This document shows positions 49,145-62,463 of a stretch of DNA of 63,724 nt, in pieces. The DNA comes from Lama guanicoe (Eukaryota), in NCBI GenBank assembly GCA_013239625.1, contig MU053652.1:8269303-8333026 (forward strand), read 5' to 3'. How positions within the stretch are numbered: position 1 is the first letter of the stretch; each line of letters begins with the position of its first letter. The notes under the pieces are model-generated. The model saw nothing but the letters and a program-made list of their open reading frames with translations. It did not search any database and was not told where the DNA came from. A program made the position numbers and the translations under genes.

Positions 49145-49353
49145 TTGGTGCTAAGAGGACGGTCACGAGAGCCAGGCTGTCTCCTTGAGGTGCCAGTATT
49201 CCACTTAGAGCTGTGTGACCTCTCTGTGCTTCCATTTTCTCATATGTACGATTGGAATAGTAGTGGGCTTGTTGTGAGGATTAAATGAATAAGCGCTCAT
49301 CAGGCACTTACTTGGAGCAGTGGCTGGCACATCGTACGTGGGTTAGTGAGCAT
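49145..49353 (+). mobile_element. MIR SINE
   Basis: GAGCCAGGCTG...CCACTTA.AGCTGTGTGACCT...GTTGTGAGGATTAAATGA...CAGTGGCTGGCACAT. Confidence 0.8.
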
Positions 49354-49920
49354 CTCCCCAAACCTGTTGACCCCACAGCTGTGTGATTCCTGCCACCCCA
49401 TGACGCCTTTTCTCTGAGTAGAAGAGAACGTGTCTGATGTTCTCCAACAAGTATTAACCAAGGTTATACTAGTCTTAGTTTAAAATAGAATCATGGTAAT
49501 TATAATACTCCAGCCTGCCTCAGAAGCCTGTCACTGGTCTGGGAATCTCTGAAGGAAATTCACGTGAGATAATGAAAAGTCCTTTTGAACTCTGCCAAGA
49601 TCTCCTCCACCTGCAAAGCTGACAGAGGGACCGACCTCTGCTGCCCACAGCTGTGGGTCACCTCCTGCAGGGGGTCAGGGGGCAACCACTCGGCTGGGCC
49701 TCTCTTGGCACTGAGGTCTCAGTGCCCTGTGGAGGGGGGCAAGAGCTCCCCTCACGCCCTTTTCATCAAACATTGTTCTTAACCCCGAAAGTCTAACAGA
49801 ATTTCTAGTGAAAACAGCAGGCACACTCCAGTTGTTTATGGTTTGGTGGTTTTGTTCTTTAAATTCTGTGTGACTAATCCTCCCCTCTTCCCTCTGCCCC
49901 CCGACCCCACCTCAGCTACT

Positions 49921-50698
49921 TCTTTTTTTTAATTAAGTATGTTCAGTTTGCTATGTTGTGTTAATTTCCGATGTACAGCACAGTGATTCACTTATACATA
50001 TATATACATATATTCCTTGTCATATTCTTTTTCATTATAGGCTGTTACAAGATACTGAATATAGTTCCCTCTGCTATACAGTAGGACCCTGTTGTTCATC
50101 TATTTTATATATAGTAGTTAGTATCTGCAGATCTCGAACTCCCAATTTATCCCTCCCCACCGTCTTCTCCTCCTGATAACCGTAAGTTTGTTTTCTATGT
50201 CTGTTAATCTGTCTTTCTTTCATAAATAAGTTCATTTGTGTCATTTTTTAAGATTCCACAGATAAATGATATCATATGGTATTTTTCTTTCTCTTTCTAG
50301 TGTACTTCACTTTGTATGGCAATCTTCAGGTCCATCCATGTTGCTACAAATGTCAATATTTTATTCCTTTTTATGGCTGAGTAGTATTCTATTGTATATA
50401 TATACCATAGCTTCCTTATCTAGTCATCTGTCGATGGACATTTAGGTTGCTTCCATGTCTTGGCTATTGTAAATAGTGCTGCTATGAACATTGGGGTGTA
50501 TGTAACTTTTCAAATTAGTTTCCTCCAGATATATGCTCAGGAGTGGGATTGCTAGATCATAGGATAACTCTGTTTTTAGTTTTTTAAGGAATCTCTATAC
50601 TGTTTTTCATAATGGCTGCACCAAACTACATTCCCACCAATAGTGTAGGAGGGTTCCCTTTTCTCCACACCCTCTCCAGCATTTATCGTTTGTGAACT
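49921..50698 (-). mobile_element. LINE-1 3' UTR and ORF2 C-terminus, 5'-truncated
   Basis: T-tract then GATGTACAGCACAGTGATTCA...GTTCCCTCTGCTATACAGTAGGACC...TGCTATGAACATTGGGGTG...ACATTCCCACCAA..GTGTAGGAGGGTTCCCTTTTCTCCACACCCTCTCCAGCATTT. Confidence 0.92.
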
Positions 50699-51854
50699 GA
50701 GGACCCCTCTATGAGTCTCTGGCAGCCAGTAGATGACAAATTTGAGTCACAGACACAAAACTCTAAGCTGAACTCCTACCCTCACCCTCTTCAAAGACCC
50801 GATACTCCATCTAGTGTGTGTGATGGATTTCTTTTTCCGACTCCCCTGGTCCCACTTGTCCCCTAGACCTGGCTGAATCCTACCATGAGTACATCTTGAT
50901 TCATACCGGGACCCCTGCTATATTTTAATATTTCTGGATTAGTCTCAGCATAAGTCCTTACTTAAGGCAGAGAAACTAAGAAGTTAAAGTAGTCAAGACA
51001 AACTTTGGCCATGACTGCATATCATCAGTGATGCTCCTTTGACATATATACACTCGACACTTTGATTATCTTGCATAGTTTTCAGAGAAAGTGAGTATAA
51101 ACTCTTTGAAAAGGCAAACAAGTAAATAAATTAAAAGCAACAATCTCTGTGCATGATTCATTAACCAGAAAGTGTATTCTTGCTAAGAAAGGCAGTCGCT
51201 GATTTTTTCCCTGAGGTGCTATGATAAGAGTACATTAGGTCTGTGGGGAAGCCTGGCATCAAGTTGCATTTGATGAACTGTGTTCCTCTTTCTTTTCCTT
51301 CTAATCAACTCATTTGTTAAAACTCAGTAAATGTTAGTGAGAGGATATTTTCCTAGTACAATAACATGATTTCATTTTTTGGCTACTTTAAATGCATATT
51401 TAATCATTCAATCAACTGCTAATTAAACTCAAAGAATATTATTTTAACTGTTGCTTACAATGAAAGCAGAACTTTTTTTTTTTCAGAGACCATGAGCTTT
51501 TGGAGGGTATAAAATTTAAGTAGAGGTTTACTTTGACAGGGCTGCAAATCAATGCATTGTAACTTTTAAGTTACCAAACTGGAGAACTAATAGAACAACT
51601 AAAGAATTCAACCCCCTCAAATAGTCAATTTTGCTTTATAAAAGCACAATCAATCTATATGACATAGAACCAACAAACAATAAATTATTGACTGATTTTT
51701 TTTCATTTTCCTCCTGATTATTGAATTGTTTCTATAGACTGGCCTTAACTCTTACCTTAATTCCATATCAATTCAAAAATGTAGTATCAGTGGTGAGAGA
51801 CCCTAAGTGATTTTGCAAGGTAAAGTTCAAACAGAAGAGGAAGGGGTTCATTTT

Positions 51855-52056
51855 GCAGAGCATGCTTCTGCTCCAGGCATTCTGCCAGCTGCTTTATCCA
51901 AATTATCTTCTTTAACTTTCATTACAAGCTAATAAGACAAGCACATATGTTCTATCATTCTCCTTTCACACTTGAGGAAACTGATGCTCCAAGACAGTTG
52001 ACCCAACCAAAGCCACACAGATGTTACTGAAACTGGATTTGAACTTAGGTTCTGTA
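51855..52056 (-). mobile_element. MIR SINE
   Basis: CCAGGCATT.TGC...TGAGGAAACTGA...CACACAG...CTGGATTTGAAC.TAGG. Confidence 0.75.
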
Positions 52057-53679
52057 CATAGTTACATAAAGTGTGGCTTGGTAATCATTTACCAACTCAG
52101 GCATATCTCTTTAAGATAATACTTTAGACAGGTGAAACCAGAGAAGAGGTATATCTTAGCCATTTCCCCAATTGGTCTCATGTTACTCAGTGTCTTTAAG
52201 ATAGAAAATTACAGTGATTCTAACTACAGGATGTGGAACTATCAGAACCAGTCATTTGCTGAATGTCCCAGAGTCCCAGCTATACAAGCTGGTATTATCA
52301 ACTTGTCAGGATGTTTTTTTCTTCCCTTCACACCTGTGCCCAAATGTTTACTATGGATCATAGCATTAGATTGGCATCTTGATAACTTCTAGTTGGAAAG
52401 AGACCTTGGAACTATACTTGAATGTTTTCACGGAAATAATATTTTATAGGAAAGGAAGTTATGTCTCATCCCAGAAGCCCATGAGTGTAAGTCAAACAGA
52501 AGCTCAAATTCAATCCTTATGAATTCGCTGTCATACTTGGTCAAATTATGCAGATCGGAAATGGAGACAGAAACAAGTAAATGGCTTACCCAGATGTGGC
52601 TATACAGATGCTTCCTACCAACACCTGTCTGACTCTACGGCCAGTGAGCCCATATTTGTGTCCTTATAGCTTCCACAGTGGTAATAAGTATACTCCTAAA
52701 ACACTGGTGTGATGCCACTTTACTAAAGGAATCCTGATTTCTTACTGCTTTTTGCTAAAACTTCAGAAATCCTGTCTTTTTAACTGCCACACAAACATAA
52801 AGGTAGGCTTGGTCTTCCCCAGTCAGTAGTTAGTGATCAGTAAAACAAGCCTGTCATGTAACTGATATTTATGTAAATGTTTGAATAACATTAACAGGCT
52901 GCACTGAATTTTTCCCTTTCTGGAGCCAAATTTTCTTAAATAACCCCAGATAAAAACCTGTTAAAACTGGTCCAGACTCTGTGCCATAGTTCCAGTGATG
53001 TTCTCTACGCAGCTTTGTTCTTGTATGCCTACTTCTAGCAGCTTGTTCATTTTTATTTTTCTCAGAACTCTGTACTATTTTCTTACTTATTTCTCTAGTC
53101 CTTGGCTTTTCTTCATACTTCTTTTGATGGGACAAAAATGATAAAAAGAATGCCAGATTTGTTTGAGAAGGAGTAAGAGAAGAAAATTGAACAATAATAC
53201 TTCCTGTTTGTAGTGAGCATTTCTTCCAGGTATGCCACTCCTCCATCCAGTTTATCCATTCATTATGGATCCCTTTTTCTCAGTTAAGGAGTCGGGAAAA
53301 CAGCCGCACAGATATTGAGCAGCATTCCCTAGTTGATTGGTTGTAAAACCGAGACCAGATTCTGGATTTCTGTCAGATACTTCAGGATTTCTCTAGAAGA
53401 TATTTTACGCTGAGAGAAACTTGAAGAGAGAAGAGAGTGGGAGCATGAGCAGAGCAGAGTGCTGGTGCGCAGGACTGACCCCGTTAGACATGGAGGAGAT
53501 ACGGCTGGGAGGGCCGCCTCTGTTCCTGCAGCTGTCATGTGCTGCTTCTTTCCTTCCCAACCTAGGCATCTGATGCATCACAAATATAATAGAAATTATA
53601 GTAAGGATAAGAAATGATGCCTAGTGAGAGATGCGGTGCTACATCTGTACAAATGAAACATGGGAGAAATACAGTGCTT

Positions 53680-53950
53680 GTAAAGAAGTGTAAACTTTGG
53701 CGGGATACAGGCTCTAAGGGGAAGGGGAAAGTGGTAGGTTGGGAAGTCTGACAAAGCAAATGAAAATGAGTGGGAGAGCATTTTAAAAGACTACAAGTGA
53801 GAGAAGAGGGAGGGGAGGAATTCCCAGAAAACATGAAGAACTTTCAAAGCAGGAAATCGAGTAATGAAACATATTAATAGAAACAATTGGTATTGTTTTG
53901 GATGTTGGTTTAGAATGTTGTAGGGATTTAAGATAAGGGGGAGAATACTA
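53680..53950 (-). mobile_element. LINE-2 fragment, degraded
   Basis: TGAAGAACTTTCAAAGCAGG...AATGA...AGAAA purine-rich L2 pattern. Confidence 0.45.
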
Positions 53951-54369
53951 TAAAATCCAAGACAGTGAACATTTTAGATCCAAAAGAGCATCAAAATGAT
54001 GGCAGGCAAGAAAAAAGAAAACATAGAAATCCACCAATAATAATGTGGTAGGAGAGGACCAAAACCAGAAAATCCAAATGTCAGATACATTTATTTCATG
54101 AATATTTTCTGAGAACCTGCAAAGGCCAAAGGGTCGTGCTAAGTGAACAGTGACATTACACAGAAGTTTAACGTTTCTGCTTTCCGGTAGCTGGTACAGT
54201 TGCTGAAAGTCAATATATACTGTGGCAAACATTCATCACAAAACAAGGCTGCTTATAAATTTATGCCAAATGATTGGAACACATCATTTGTGGTATAGAT
54301 GTGTAACTAAAAGGTGGGTGCCCCTCTAGGGAGTCATCATCGTCCTGCTCTCCGTTCCCCCGACCACAC

Positions 54370-55202
54370 ATGGTCCCACTTGCCCACAACCTGCTGCTCC
54401 TTCTGTTTTCTTTATCTCAGAGAATCTGCTACACTTCACCCCACTTCCAGGCCTGAAACCTGCGCATCATGTCAGATGCTTCAGAGATTCCTGAGCTCCC
54501 ATCACTCAGTGTATGTAGCTTCACTGTCTGAATCCACCCATCTCCTGTCTGCGGCCCCATCTCCACTCCCGCTGGCCCTGCTCTCCTCGAGGCTATCTTC
54601 ACCTCTCTCTTCAATAGGCCATCGTCACACTCCTTCCCCGCCAAGTCTCCTGCCGGAGCACCAAGTCAGAAATGCCAACCTGGTCCTATTGTACCCCTGG
54701 TCAGACTTCTGCAATGGCTCCCTTTTGCTGACAGGTGGAAAATATCTAAATAAAACACATACGTATTAATGGAGTTTTAGGGTTTTGTCATTTATGTGTC
54801 CTAACAACCCTCCCCAAAACCCCCCATACTTATCTCCCACATTCACATTTCCTGCATTAACAGTATTTCGCTATCTGTTGCCCCTGGAATACTCATGACT
54901 ATTCTTCCTCTCTGTCTGTGTCCTCTTCCTGGAATGCCCTCTCCTCCCGCCCTGTGCTCTTTGGGAAAGGCAGCTCCGGTTGAGATATAATCAGAATCAT
55001 CCTCCATGCCCTCATTGCACCATCATGGAGATGTCGGCCTCCACTACAATATGTATTCCTCTTTGCTTTTATCTTTGCTTCCCCCTCTCAGCCGTAAATA
55101 CCTCAAGAATATGGAATGTGTGGTTTGGCTTGTTTCCTCCTCTGGCCCAAATGCAGTGCCTGTCACCCAGGAGAGAGTTGATCATTGTGCTGAATGGATG
55201 GA
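54370..55202 (+). mobile_element. LINE-2 3' portion
   Basis: CCTGCTGCTCCTTCTG.TTTC.TTATCTCAG...CAGGCCTGAAACCTG...CAATGGCTCCC...TCCTGGAATGCCCT...GCAGTGCCTG.CAC.CAG...TGCTGAATGGATGGA. Confidence 0.8.
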
Positions 55203-55429
55203 CTAAAGACCTCTTGAGGCAGAAGGATGTAGGGATTTCAGCCAGATCTTATAGGAAAGATAGGAGGCAGGAGACAGAAGATGATGAAAGGAAGGAACTT
55301 CAAATACAGTGAAGAGAGTGACTAAGAGACAGGACAAAGGGTGTGTCTCTTCCATGGAGCTCTTCTTGACCTTTCACGATACATTTTTATACTTTGTTTG
55401 GTAACAATAATATATGTGAATGTTGGCTA

Positions 55430-55590
55430 TCAGCCTCCTAACAACCATTAGAAATAGTCAACATTATCCCCATTTTACTGATGAGCAAATGGACACTCAA
55501 AGAGGTTAAGTAATTTGCCTAAAGTCACACAGTCTATAAAGAAGGTGGGAGGATTTAAACACTGACTCCCAAGCTCATCAATGATATTGC
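55430..55590 (-). mobile_element. MIR SINE
   Basis: ATTATCCCCATTTTACTGATGAG...AGAGGTTAAGTAATTTGCCTAAAGTCACACAG. Confidence 0.85.
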
Positions 55591-55639
55591 CTCTTCAGTG
55601 GCATTTATATCAGATTTCTAATAGCTCGTGCACTGTTCT

Positions 55640-55813
55640 TCCTGCATTTGCAATTACGAAAACACATACTGAGATGAGTCTCTCACTGACTGGATTACAG
55701 ACCAACCACAATCCTTGATGAACAAATAGTGTGAACAAGAAATAAATTTTGGTTGTTGTAAGCCGCTGAGGTTTAGGGAGTTTTGCCACAGCATAACCTA
55801 TGCTGTCCTGACT
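55640..55813 (+). mobile_element. Old MLT1 LTR 3' fragment
   Basis: GTGTGAACAAGAAATAAA.TTTGGTTGTTGTAAGCCGCTGAG.TTT.GGG...CACAGCATAACCTA..CT.TCCTGACT. Confidence 0.75.
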
Positions 55814-55934
55814 TGTCTGCTATATTCTGAAAAACTCCCCAAGTGATTCCGTCATGCTGCCCTCTGGGCCATGTCCTCATCTGTAAAATGAATAAGACTC
55901 TTAAAAGTGTTTTAGATATTATCTGTGGATTGGC

Positions 55935-56092
55935 TCTCCCAGATTCACTGGAGGTACTTGTTTAAAATCACAACCTCTGGATGTGAAGTCTGGGATGCTG
56001 CACTTTCAACAGACTCCTCGTGATTACGAAGCAGTTAATCCAGGGACCGCATTTCCATCACACCCTAACAATGTAAAGTCAGGTTGGAGAAC
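55935..56092. mobile_element. MER5-family fragments
   Basis: TCACTGGAG..ACTTGTTTAAAAT...CTGCACTTTCAACAG.CTCC..GTGATT...AATGTAAAGTCAGGTTGGAGAACC. Confidence 0.5.
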
Positions 56093-57200
56093 CGGATGAC
56101 CTCTACAGCTGTTTCCAGTTCCACTGTGTGCATGGGGTATGAACGCAGTACATCTCCATTGCTAAATGGTGGTAGACGTTAAATGAAAAGAAAGAGTTAA
56201 AAATCCCTTGTAATTGACATAGTGGAGCCACCAGTTGCCTTTCCCTGCTATCCATTTTGGGCTAAAGACTAACAAGAAATGCTGATTATTTTTCCTTGAC
56301 TTTGTAGTTGAGCTCTTTCTTACTCTCAAGATCAAGGATTAAGTCTTGAGAAATTCCTGCAGCAGTAGGGGTAGGTGTATCACGAACCAGGCAAAGCCCT
56401 TCATGGGCTCTGTCAAATAATAATAGTGTTTTTCTTGTAGCACACAGATTTAGAAAGCATGATTTTTTTCCCTTCTTAAATTGCTTGGCGTTCCTTTTAG
56501 AAAGTCAACTGCAGTGAGTGAGGCCTGGGATTGGTCCTACTTTTCTCAAGCTGTGCTGCTCAAGCTGATCGTACCCACATACATGCAAATTCATCAGCCA
56601 AATTACTCCCTAATATCAGTCAGTGTGTTATTAAAAAGGGGGAGGTGAAAAGACTATATTTTAAAGCCTAATTTATATTTCAGTTCCATCTGGAGTTATA
56701 ATTTAAAAGCGAACTAAGGTGATTTTTCAATATAATCAGCCACATTTCCCAAGAGAATATGTTTGGCACTCAGGACTTTGGGGGAGGGGTAGCCGTGGCT
56801 GCCTCCTCGGATTGCATTTGCTTTTCTGCCTCGGGGGCAGTTGCCTGGCTGCACTTACTGAGGTGGTGGAGACAGGAGATGACTATAATATTGTCAAATG
56901 GGGAAGCGGGAGAGTGCCAGGTATGGGAAACTGACCTACGCAGGTAAAAGTTTTAGTTCCAATTCTAGCTTTTTGGCAAGAGAGATGAGAACCTCAGGAG
57001 AAATAGGCATTTAGCCACCAGGACGAGGGTCAAGAGATCCACTGCCAGGCAAGAAGAAGAGAGAACAGAAAAGAAAACAAAGCAAAAGATTCCTGTGCTA
57101 AAGAATTTTATGGCCAGGATGGTGATTGAGTGTTTTATTTAGGGGTCAAGATATATGAATTAAAACAGTTGTAGAAAAGACAGAGTGAAGGGGGAAAACC

Positions 57201-57297
57201 TCATCATTCAACAAATGTTACTGAGCACTTACCATATGCCAGGCACTGTTCTGGTGCTGGGAATAGGGCAGTAAATGAACAAGAGATGCTCTCATGG
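57201..57297 (-). mobile_element. LINE-2 extreme 3' tail
   Basis: CATTCAACAAATGTTACTGAGCACTTACCATATGCCAGGCACTGTTCTGGTGCTGGGAATA. Confidence 0.8.
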
Positions 57298-57539
57298 GTC
57301 TACTTGGATTGAACTCTACTACATACTAGCAAGGTGATTATGGATCCTTGGTTCAACATGGAATTACAATACCTACTTTCCTCTCCTCTTATTTAGTCAT
57401 AGGTCAGAAAAACAGATCTGTCTGCTTATTGGCAAATATCTTCACCTTGTAAATACGATTGCCTGTCTATAAAGCCTGTGATCAATCAGCAGTCTACATG
57501 ATGTTGTTGCAGTTAAGACCCCTCCACCCCACCACACAA

Positions 57540-60500
57540 GGCAAATAAATATTTCTGTAGACCCGAATGGGGCAGAAAAGCAAACAAGCAAACCCCAAAA
57601 GTGAGAACCTGTATGGTCTACTATGCTCCCACATCATTCTGAGGTCAGAACTAATGTCAGTGCCACAGACTAAGGGCTGGAGAGTGGTTTTCTTGTAGCT
57701 ATGAAAACACTAAAAAAGTAGACTGACCGCTGTCTGTGGTGGCATTCACAGAAAGCAGCCCAGCCTCCCAGCCAGCTAGAAGCCTGGATTTGCATTCTTC
57801 TGGCAGGACAGGACCTCAGGCTGACAAATAAGGCACATTCTAGACTGTGAGCCAGGGACTGGCTGGAGGCAACTGTAAAACTTCTAGATGGGGAGTAATG
57901 AGTACAGAAAGAAAAGAAACCACTAAAACAAAACAACTACCACTCAAGGTGAATCTGAAAATAAAAATAAAAATGCAGTAAGACAATTAAGAAAGTCTGA
58001 CAATGGAATCAACACAAAGATGAAAACAGTCCAAATAAAATGAAAATAACAGGGCAATCATCAGATGAGGAAGGGGGGAAATTTGCAAAAGATGACAAAT
58101 TATTTTTAAAAGAGAAATATATCAATTACACACCAACAAATTGAATAATCTAGACCTAAATAAATTCCTAGAAACACACAGTCTATCAAGACTGAATCAT
58201 AAATAAATAAGAAGCCTTAACAAACCAACAATTACTGAAGCGCTTGAATCAGTAATCAAAAACATCCTAACAAAGAAAAGCTCAAGACCAGATGGCTCCA
58301 CTGGTAACTTCTACCAGATATTTTAAAAAGAATTGATGCCAATCCTTTTCAAACTCTTCGAAAATACTGGAGAGGAGGAAACACTTCCAAACTGCTTTTA
58401 TGAGGCCAACATGACCCTGCTACCAAAGCCAGGCAAAGAGACTACAATGAAAGAAAATTGTCCCTAATGAACATGCACATAAAAATCCTTAACAGAACAC
58501 TAGCAGACCAAATTCATTAGCGCATTAAAGGATCATACAACACGGCCACGTGGGATTTACAGGGGTGATTCAGTTATACACAAATCAGTTCATGTGATGC
58601 ATCAGAATAACAGATTTTTTTTAAATCATATGATCATCTCAATAGATGCAGACGAATCATTTGACAAAATTCAACATTCTTTCATAATGAAAAAAAACTG
58701 TCAAGAAATTAGGCCACAACAATTAAGGAACAAACCTCAACATAATAAAGGATGTATATGACAAGCCCACATGTAACATCATACTCAATGTTGAAAAACT
58801 GAAAGCTTTTCCTCTAAGCTCAGGAATAAGACAAAGATGCCCATTCTCACCACTTCTATTTAATACAGTGTTGGAAGTCCTAATCAGACCGGTTAGGTAA
58901 GAAAAAGAAATACAAGGCAACAAATTGGAAAAAGAAGAAGTAAAATGATCTTATGCGTGGAAAACTCTAAATATGCCACAAAAAACTATTAGAATTAATA
59001 AACAAATTCAGTAAAGGTACAGGATTCAATATCAATGTAAAAATTCAGTTGTGGAATTTATACACTAACAACTATCAGAAAAGAAAATTAAGAAAACAAT
59101 TCCATTTACAGTAGCATCAAAAAAATAAAATACTTAGGAATAAACTTAAGCAAGGAATTTCACCTTCTACACTGAAAATTACAAAACTATAAAACATTGA
59201 TGAAAGAAAACAAAGCCATTTGGACATTGGTCCAAACCTTGGACATGTCTGTTTATGGTGATGGTGACTGATTGTGGTGACAGTTATATGGGTGTGTGTA
59301 TATATCACATATATCCAAACTCAGCAAACTGCTTACAATACATATACACAATTTTTTTGTATATAAGTTACACCTCATTAAAACTGTTTTTTAAAAAAGA
59401 AATACGAAACAAGAATAAGTAAATGTAAAAAATGACTAGTTAGAAATCCAGGAAATGAAAAAGATAATCTCTGAAATTAAAAAAGAAAAAAAGCAACTCA
59501 ATTAGAATTTTAAAAACTCAAGATAAAATAAACTATAATCTTTAAAGTGAGTACACCTGAAGACATAATTATGTGGACTAAGAATACTAGGAATTCACCT
59601 AAAAAATCAGGCAGAATAGTAAGTAAATATGTTTTAAGTTAAAGAATAATTTGAGGAAGGAATTCAGAATTCCCAAAATGCATGCAAGAGGTATTCCTGA
59701 AAGAGACAGAATAGAAAAGAGATTATATTCAAAGTAATAATGGCTAATTTTTTTCAGAATTAAAAAAGACATCAATCCTCAGGCAGAATATACATTTCTA
59801 AGTACAAAATAATTTAATATTAGCCCATGTTCAGACACATCATAAATGGAACTTCAGACCATCGAAAATAAGGAGAAAATGTTAAAGCTACTAAACAGTA
59901 GAGAGGAAAAAACTTTCTACAATAGGATGATAATTAGATTCATTTCTCATTCTCAGCAATAATGAAGATATTTAATAAAGATATACAAAACTCCTGCAGA
60001 GAAAATTATAAGATATTATAGAAGGAATTTAATGAACACCTAAATGAATAGAGAGATTAATAGATGGGAATATTTTAAGGCTATTTCTTACTCTATAAAT
60101 TCTGTGTAATTTGAATACAAATCTAAAAATCAAAGAGAAAAATGAAAGCTTAAAACGATCAAGGCAAGTTTGAGAAAATGTAAGTTAAGGGACTTTAGAT
60201 AGAGATTATAAAACTTATTGAAAAGCTATAGTAGTTATAAGAGTTTAATAATTCTACAAGAATTGATTTTTGAAAGCTGTGGTGAGGGTAGGAGTTGAGG
60301 GACAAAATTAAAAAGTCCATAAACATATGTGCCTACATTTGTAGAAATTCCTGTGTAGCAACATGAATTTGTGGGCAAAAGATGGACCATTCAATAAAAA
60401 AAAAAAAATCCAGACCATTTTGGTTATTCATTTAGAAAAAGAGTTATCAGATTCCTACACAAATAAATTTAGGACCTACACTTGAAAAACAAAATTTAAA

Positions 60501-61625
60501 GCTTTAGGAAAAACATGGGAATACAATATAATATAGAGAGAATTTTTCATACAAGACAGTAAAAACATAAAACATAACAGAAAGGATTTAAAATAACTGC
60601 ATTAAAATTGAAATCCTCTTATCAACCAGAAATACAATAAAACAAATTTCATAGATGAGCCAGAGACTAAGAAAAATACTTGCAAAAATATACTTATAAA
60701 GAAATATTATCAAGAATCTAAAAATAACTCCACAAATGCATGAAAAAAAAGGAAACAACCAAACAGAAAGAAAGAGACTATAAACAAAGTAATTTGCAGG
60801 AAAGAAACAATTATGTTCAATAGCCATAAAAAAATACTTCAGTAGTATTCAAGCAAATGCAAATTAAATTTAGAACTTTCCATACCATCAGATTGTCAAA
60901 TACATAAATTAGTCCAATATACCAATGGTTGGTGAAACTGAACTTTCTCACATTGCTGGTGCTAATATAAACTGACACAAGCATCTTGCATAGCATCTGG
61001 CAATTCCCAGTAAAGTTCAAATGCATCCCTTCCACCCAGAAATATTGATACTACTTTTATACAATACCTTAGAAAATCTCTTTCCTATATTCACATGGAA
61101 CTAGGTACAAGGATGGTCATAGTCTTATGATAATGAAGAATTGGGGAAAGAGCCCTAAAGAGCCATCAGTAGAAAAAAGCACAAATGAATTGTAATATAT
61201 TTATAAAAAGAAATGCTATATTCACTTAAAAGTAATTAACAATAGGTCTACATGTATCAACATGAATGCATTTGAAGTACATAAAATACTGAGTGAAGAA
61301 GCAAGTTGAAAAATCACATACACAGAAAGTCTTGTTTATTCTTAAAATTGCATGTTTATTAATGTATTAATGTCTACATACAGTAAAATCACAAAAGCAT
61401 GGATAGAAAGGATGCAGACCACACTCTAAACAATGGTTGACTTCTAAGATTTCCAAGGAGAAAGAAATGGAGTGGTCTATATAAATCTCGCATGTTTTAT
61501 TTAGTTTTTAAAAAGTCAAGCAAATGTGGCAAAATGTCAACATTTTTAAAATGTGAATACAAGTGCAGTTACTATTACAATTTTTCCATGTGTTCTTAAT
61601 ATTTCACAATTTTAAAAATATTTTT
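57540..61625 (+). mobile_element. Very old, internally deleted LINE-1 (L1ME-like): possible 5' region, ORF1 remnant (~59400-59960), ORF2 end and 3' UTR
   Basis: TAGAAATCCAGGAAATGAAAA...GAAATTAAAAA (ORF1 coiled-coil region); AATTAAAAAAAGACATCAATCCTCAG; CAAATGCAAATTAAA; GCAAAATGTCAACAT 3' UTR. The 5' boundary is uncertain. Confidence 0.65.
58115..59400 (+). mobile_element. Younger LINE-1 ORF2 reverse-transcriptase fragment plus 3' end, within the old L1
   Basis: AAAAGCTCAAGACCAGATGGCTCCACTGG...TATGAGGCCAACAT.ACCCTG.TACCAAAGCCAG...ATCTCAATAGATGCAG...TCAGGAATAAGACAAAGATGCCCATTCTCACCACTTCTATTTAA; many stops and frameshifts. Confidence 0.9.
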
Positions 61626-62000
61626 AAAAGATATTCTGCTAGAAGAGTTATGCTTAAATTTTTTTTTTTTAAATCAGGAAACAGAAATTTCTCGTCCCTG
61701 TTGGTAATAAGTCTGCAAGGAATCGCTTCATCTGTCTGGTAGTTTGAGAGAAGCGTCTTTTAATAGGAAAGGTGGAGATGGCCCTAAAAGAGCCAGAAAG
61801 GCATAGTGTACACACAGAGCAGGAAAGCATGGTTACTTGACATTCCACCTCATACCATCTGACAGAATTTACAGCGTCTGTTTCTGCACAGCTGCCCCTG
61901 TCTGGATGGATGTGGTTTGTTTGCTGAACTTCTCCATGTAACTTTTGGAAGTGGTAGGGGGTGTATAGATTTTTAAAAAGAAAAAATTTTGAGGAAGTCC

Positions 62001-62050
62001 TCTGGACTTTCCCCTTTTTGTTTCATCTGGACTTTCCCCTTTTTGTTTCA
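62001..62050. repeat. Perfect 25-bp tandem duplication (TCTGGACTTTCCCCTTTTTGTTTCA x2)
   Basis: Identical units at 62001-62025 and 62026-62050. Confidence 0.95.
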
Positions 62051-62389
62051 TATAGAGTTTTGAGAAGGAATCATGACTTAAAAAGTATTCTTATAAGATC
62101 AGTCAGTCATAATTTTGAATCATTTTTTTCTTCCTATATTTTCCTTCACAATAAACAAAATAAAAGTGGACATTATTTGTGTTGCTCTCATTCAGTTCAG
62201 AATTTTATGATACTGAAATGCTTTGCTTTATCTAGAACAGAATTTGATTCAACATTACTTGTTATGGCTGCAGGATTAATTTTATGAAAGGCATCGGATT
62301 GTAGTCATGACTTGCACTAGACTTGAGAGGGCTTGAGAAAGGAAAATGATTCACCCACAGTCTAACTTATTTGACAATTGGCCTTCTTT

Positions 62390-62463
62390 TATTGTTGTTG
62401 TATTATTGGTTGTCGGTGGTAGTATTAGCGGTGGTTGTGGTATATAACGGTGGTGATGGTGGC
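62390..62463. repeat. Degenerate (TTG/TGG)n low-complexity tract
   Basis: Direct read. Confidence 0.7.

Noticed and set aside
52869..53246. 125-aa minus ORF with a protein-like K/E/R stretch
   Set aside because: The purine-rich DNA resembles decayed L2 and no good donor follows
54314..54769. Longest ORF in the track (151 aa, +)
   Set aside because: Lies in a pyrimidine-rich L2; S/P/L-biased chance translation from a GTG start
56324..56351. 8-bp inverted repeat TCTCAAGA...TCTTGAGA
   Set aside because: Too short to exceed chance in 64 kb
58723..58923. ORF with familiar-looking peptide ([23 protein letters not shown])
   Set aside because: Antisense translation of L1 ORF2, a common database artefact
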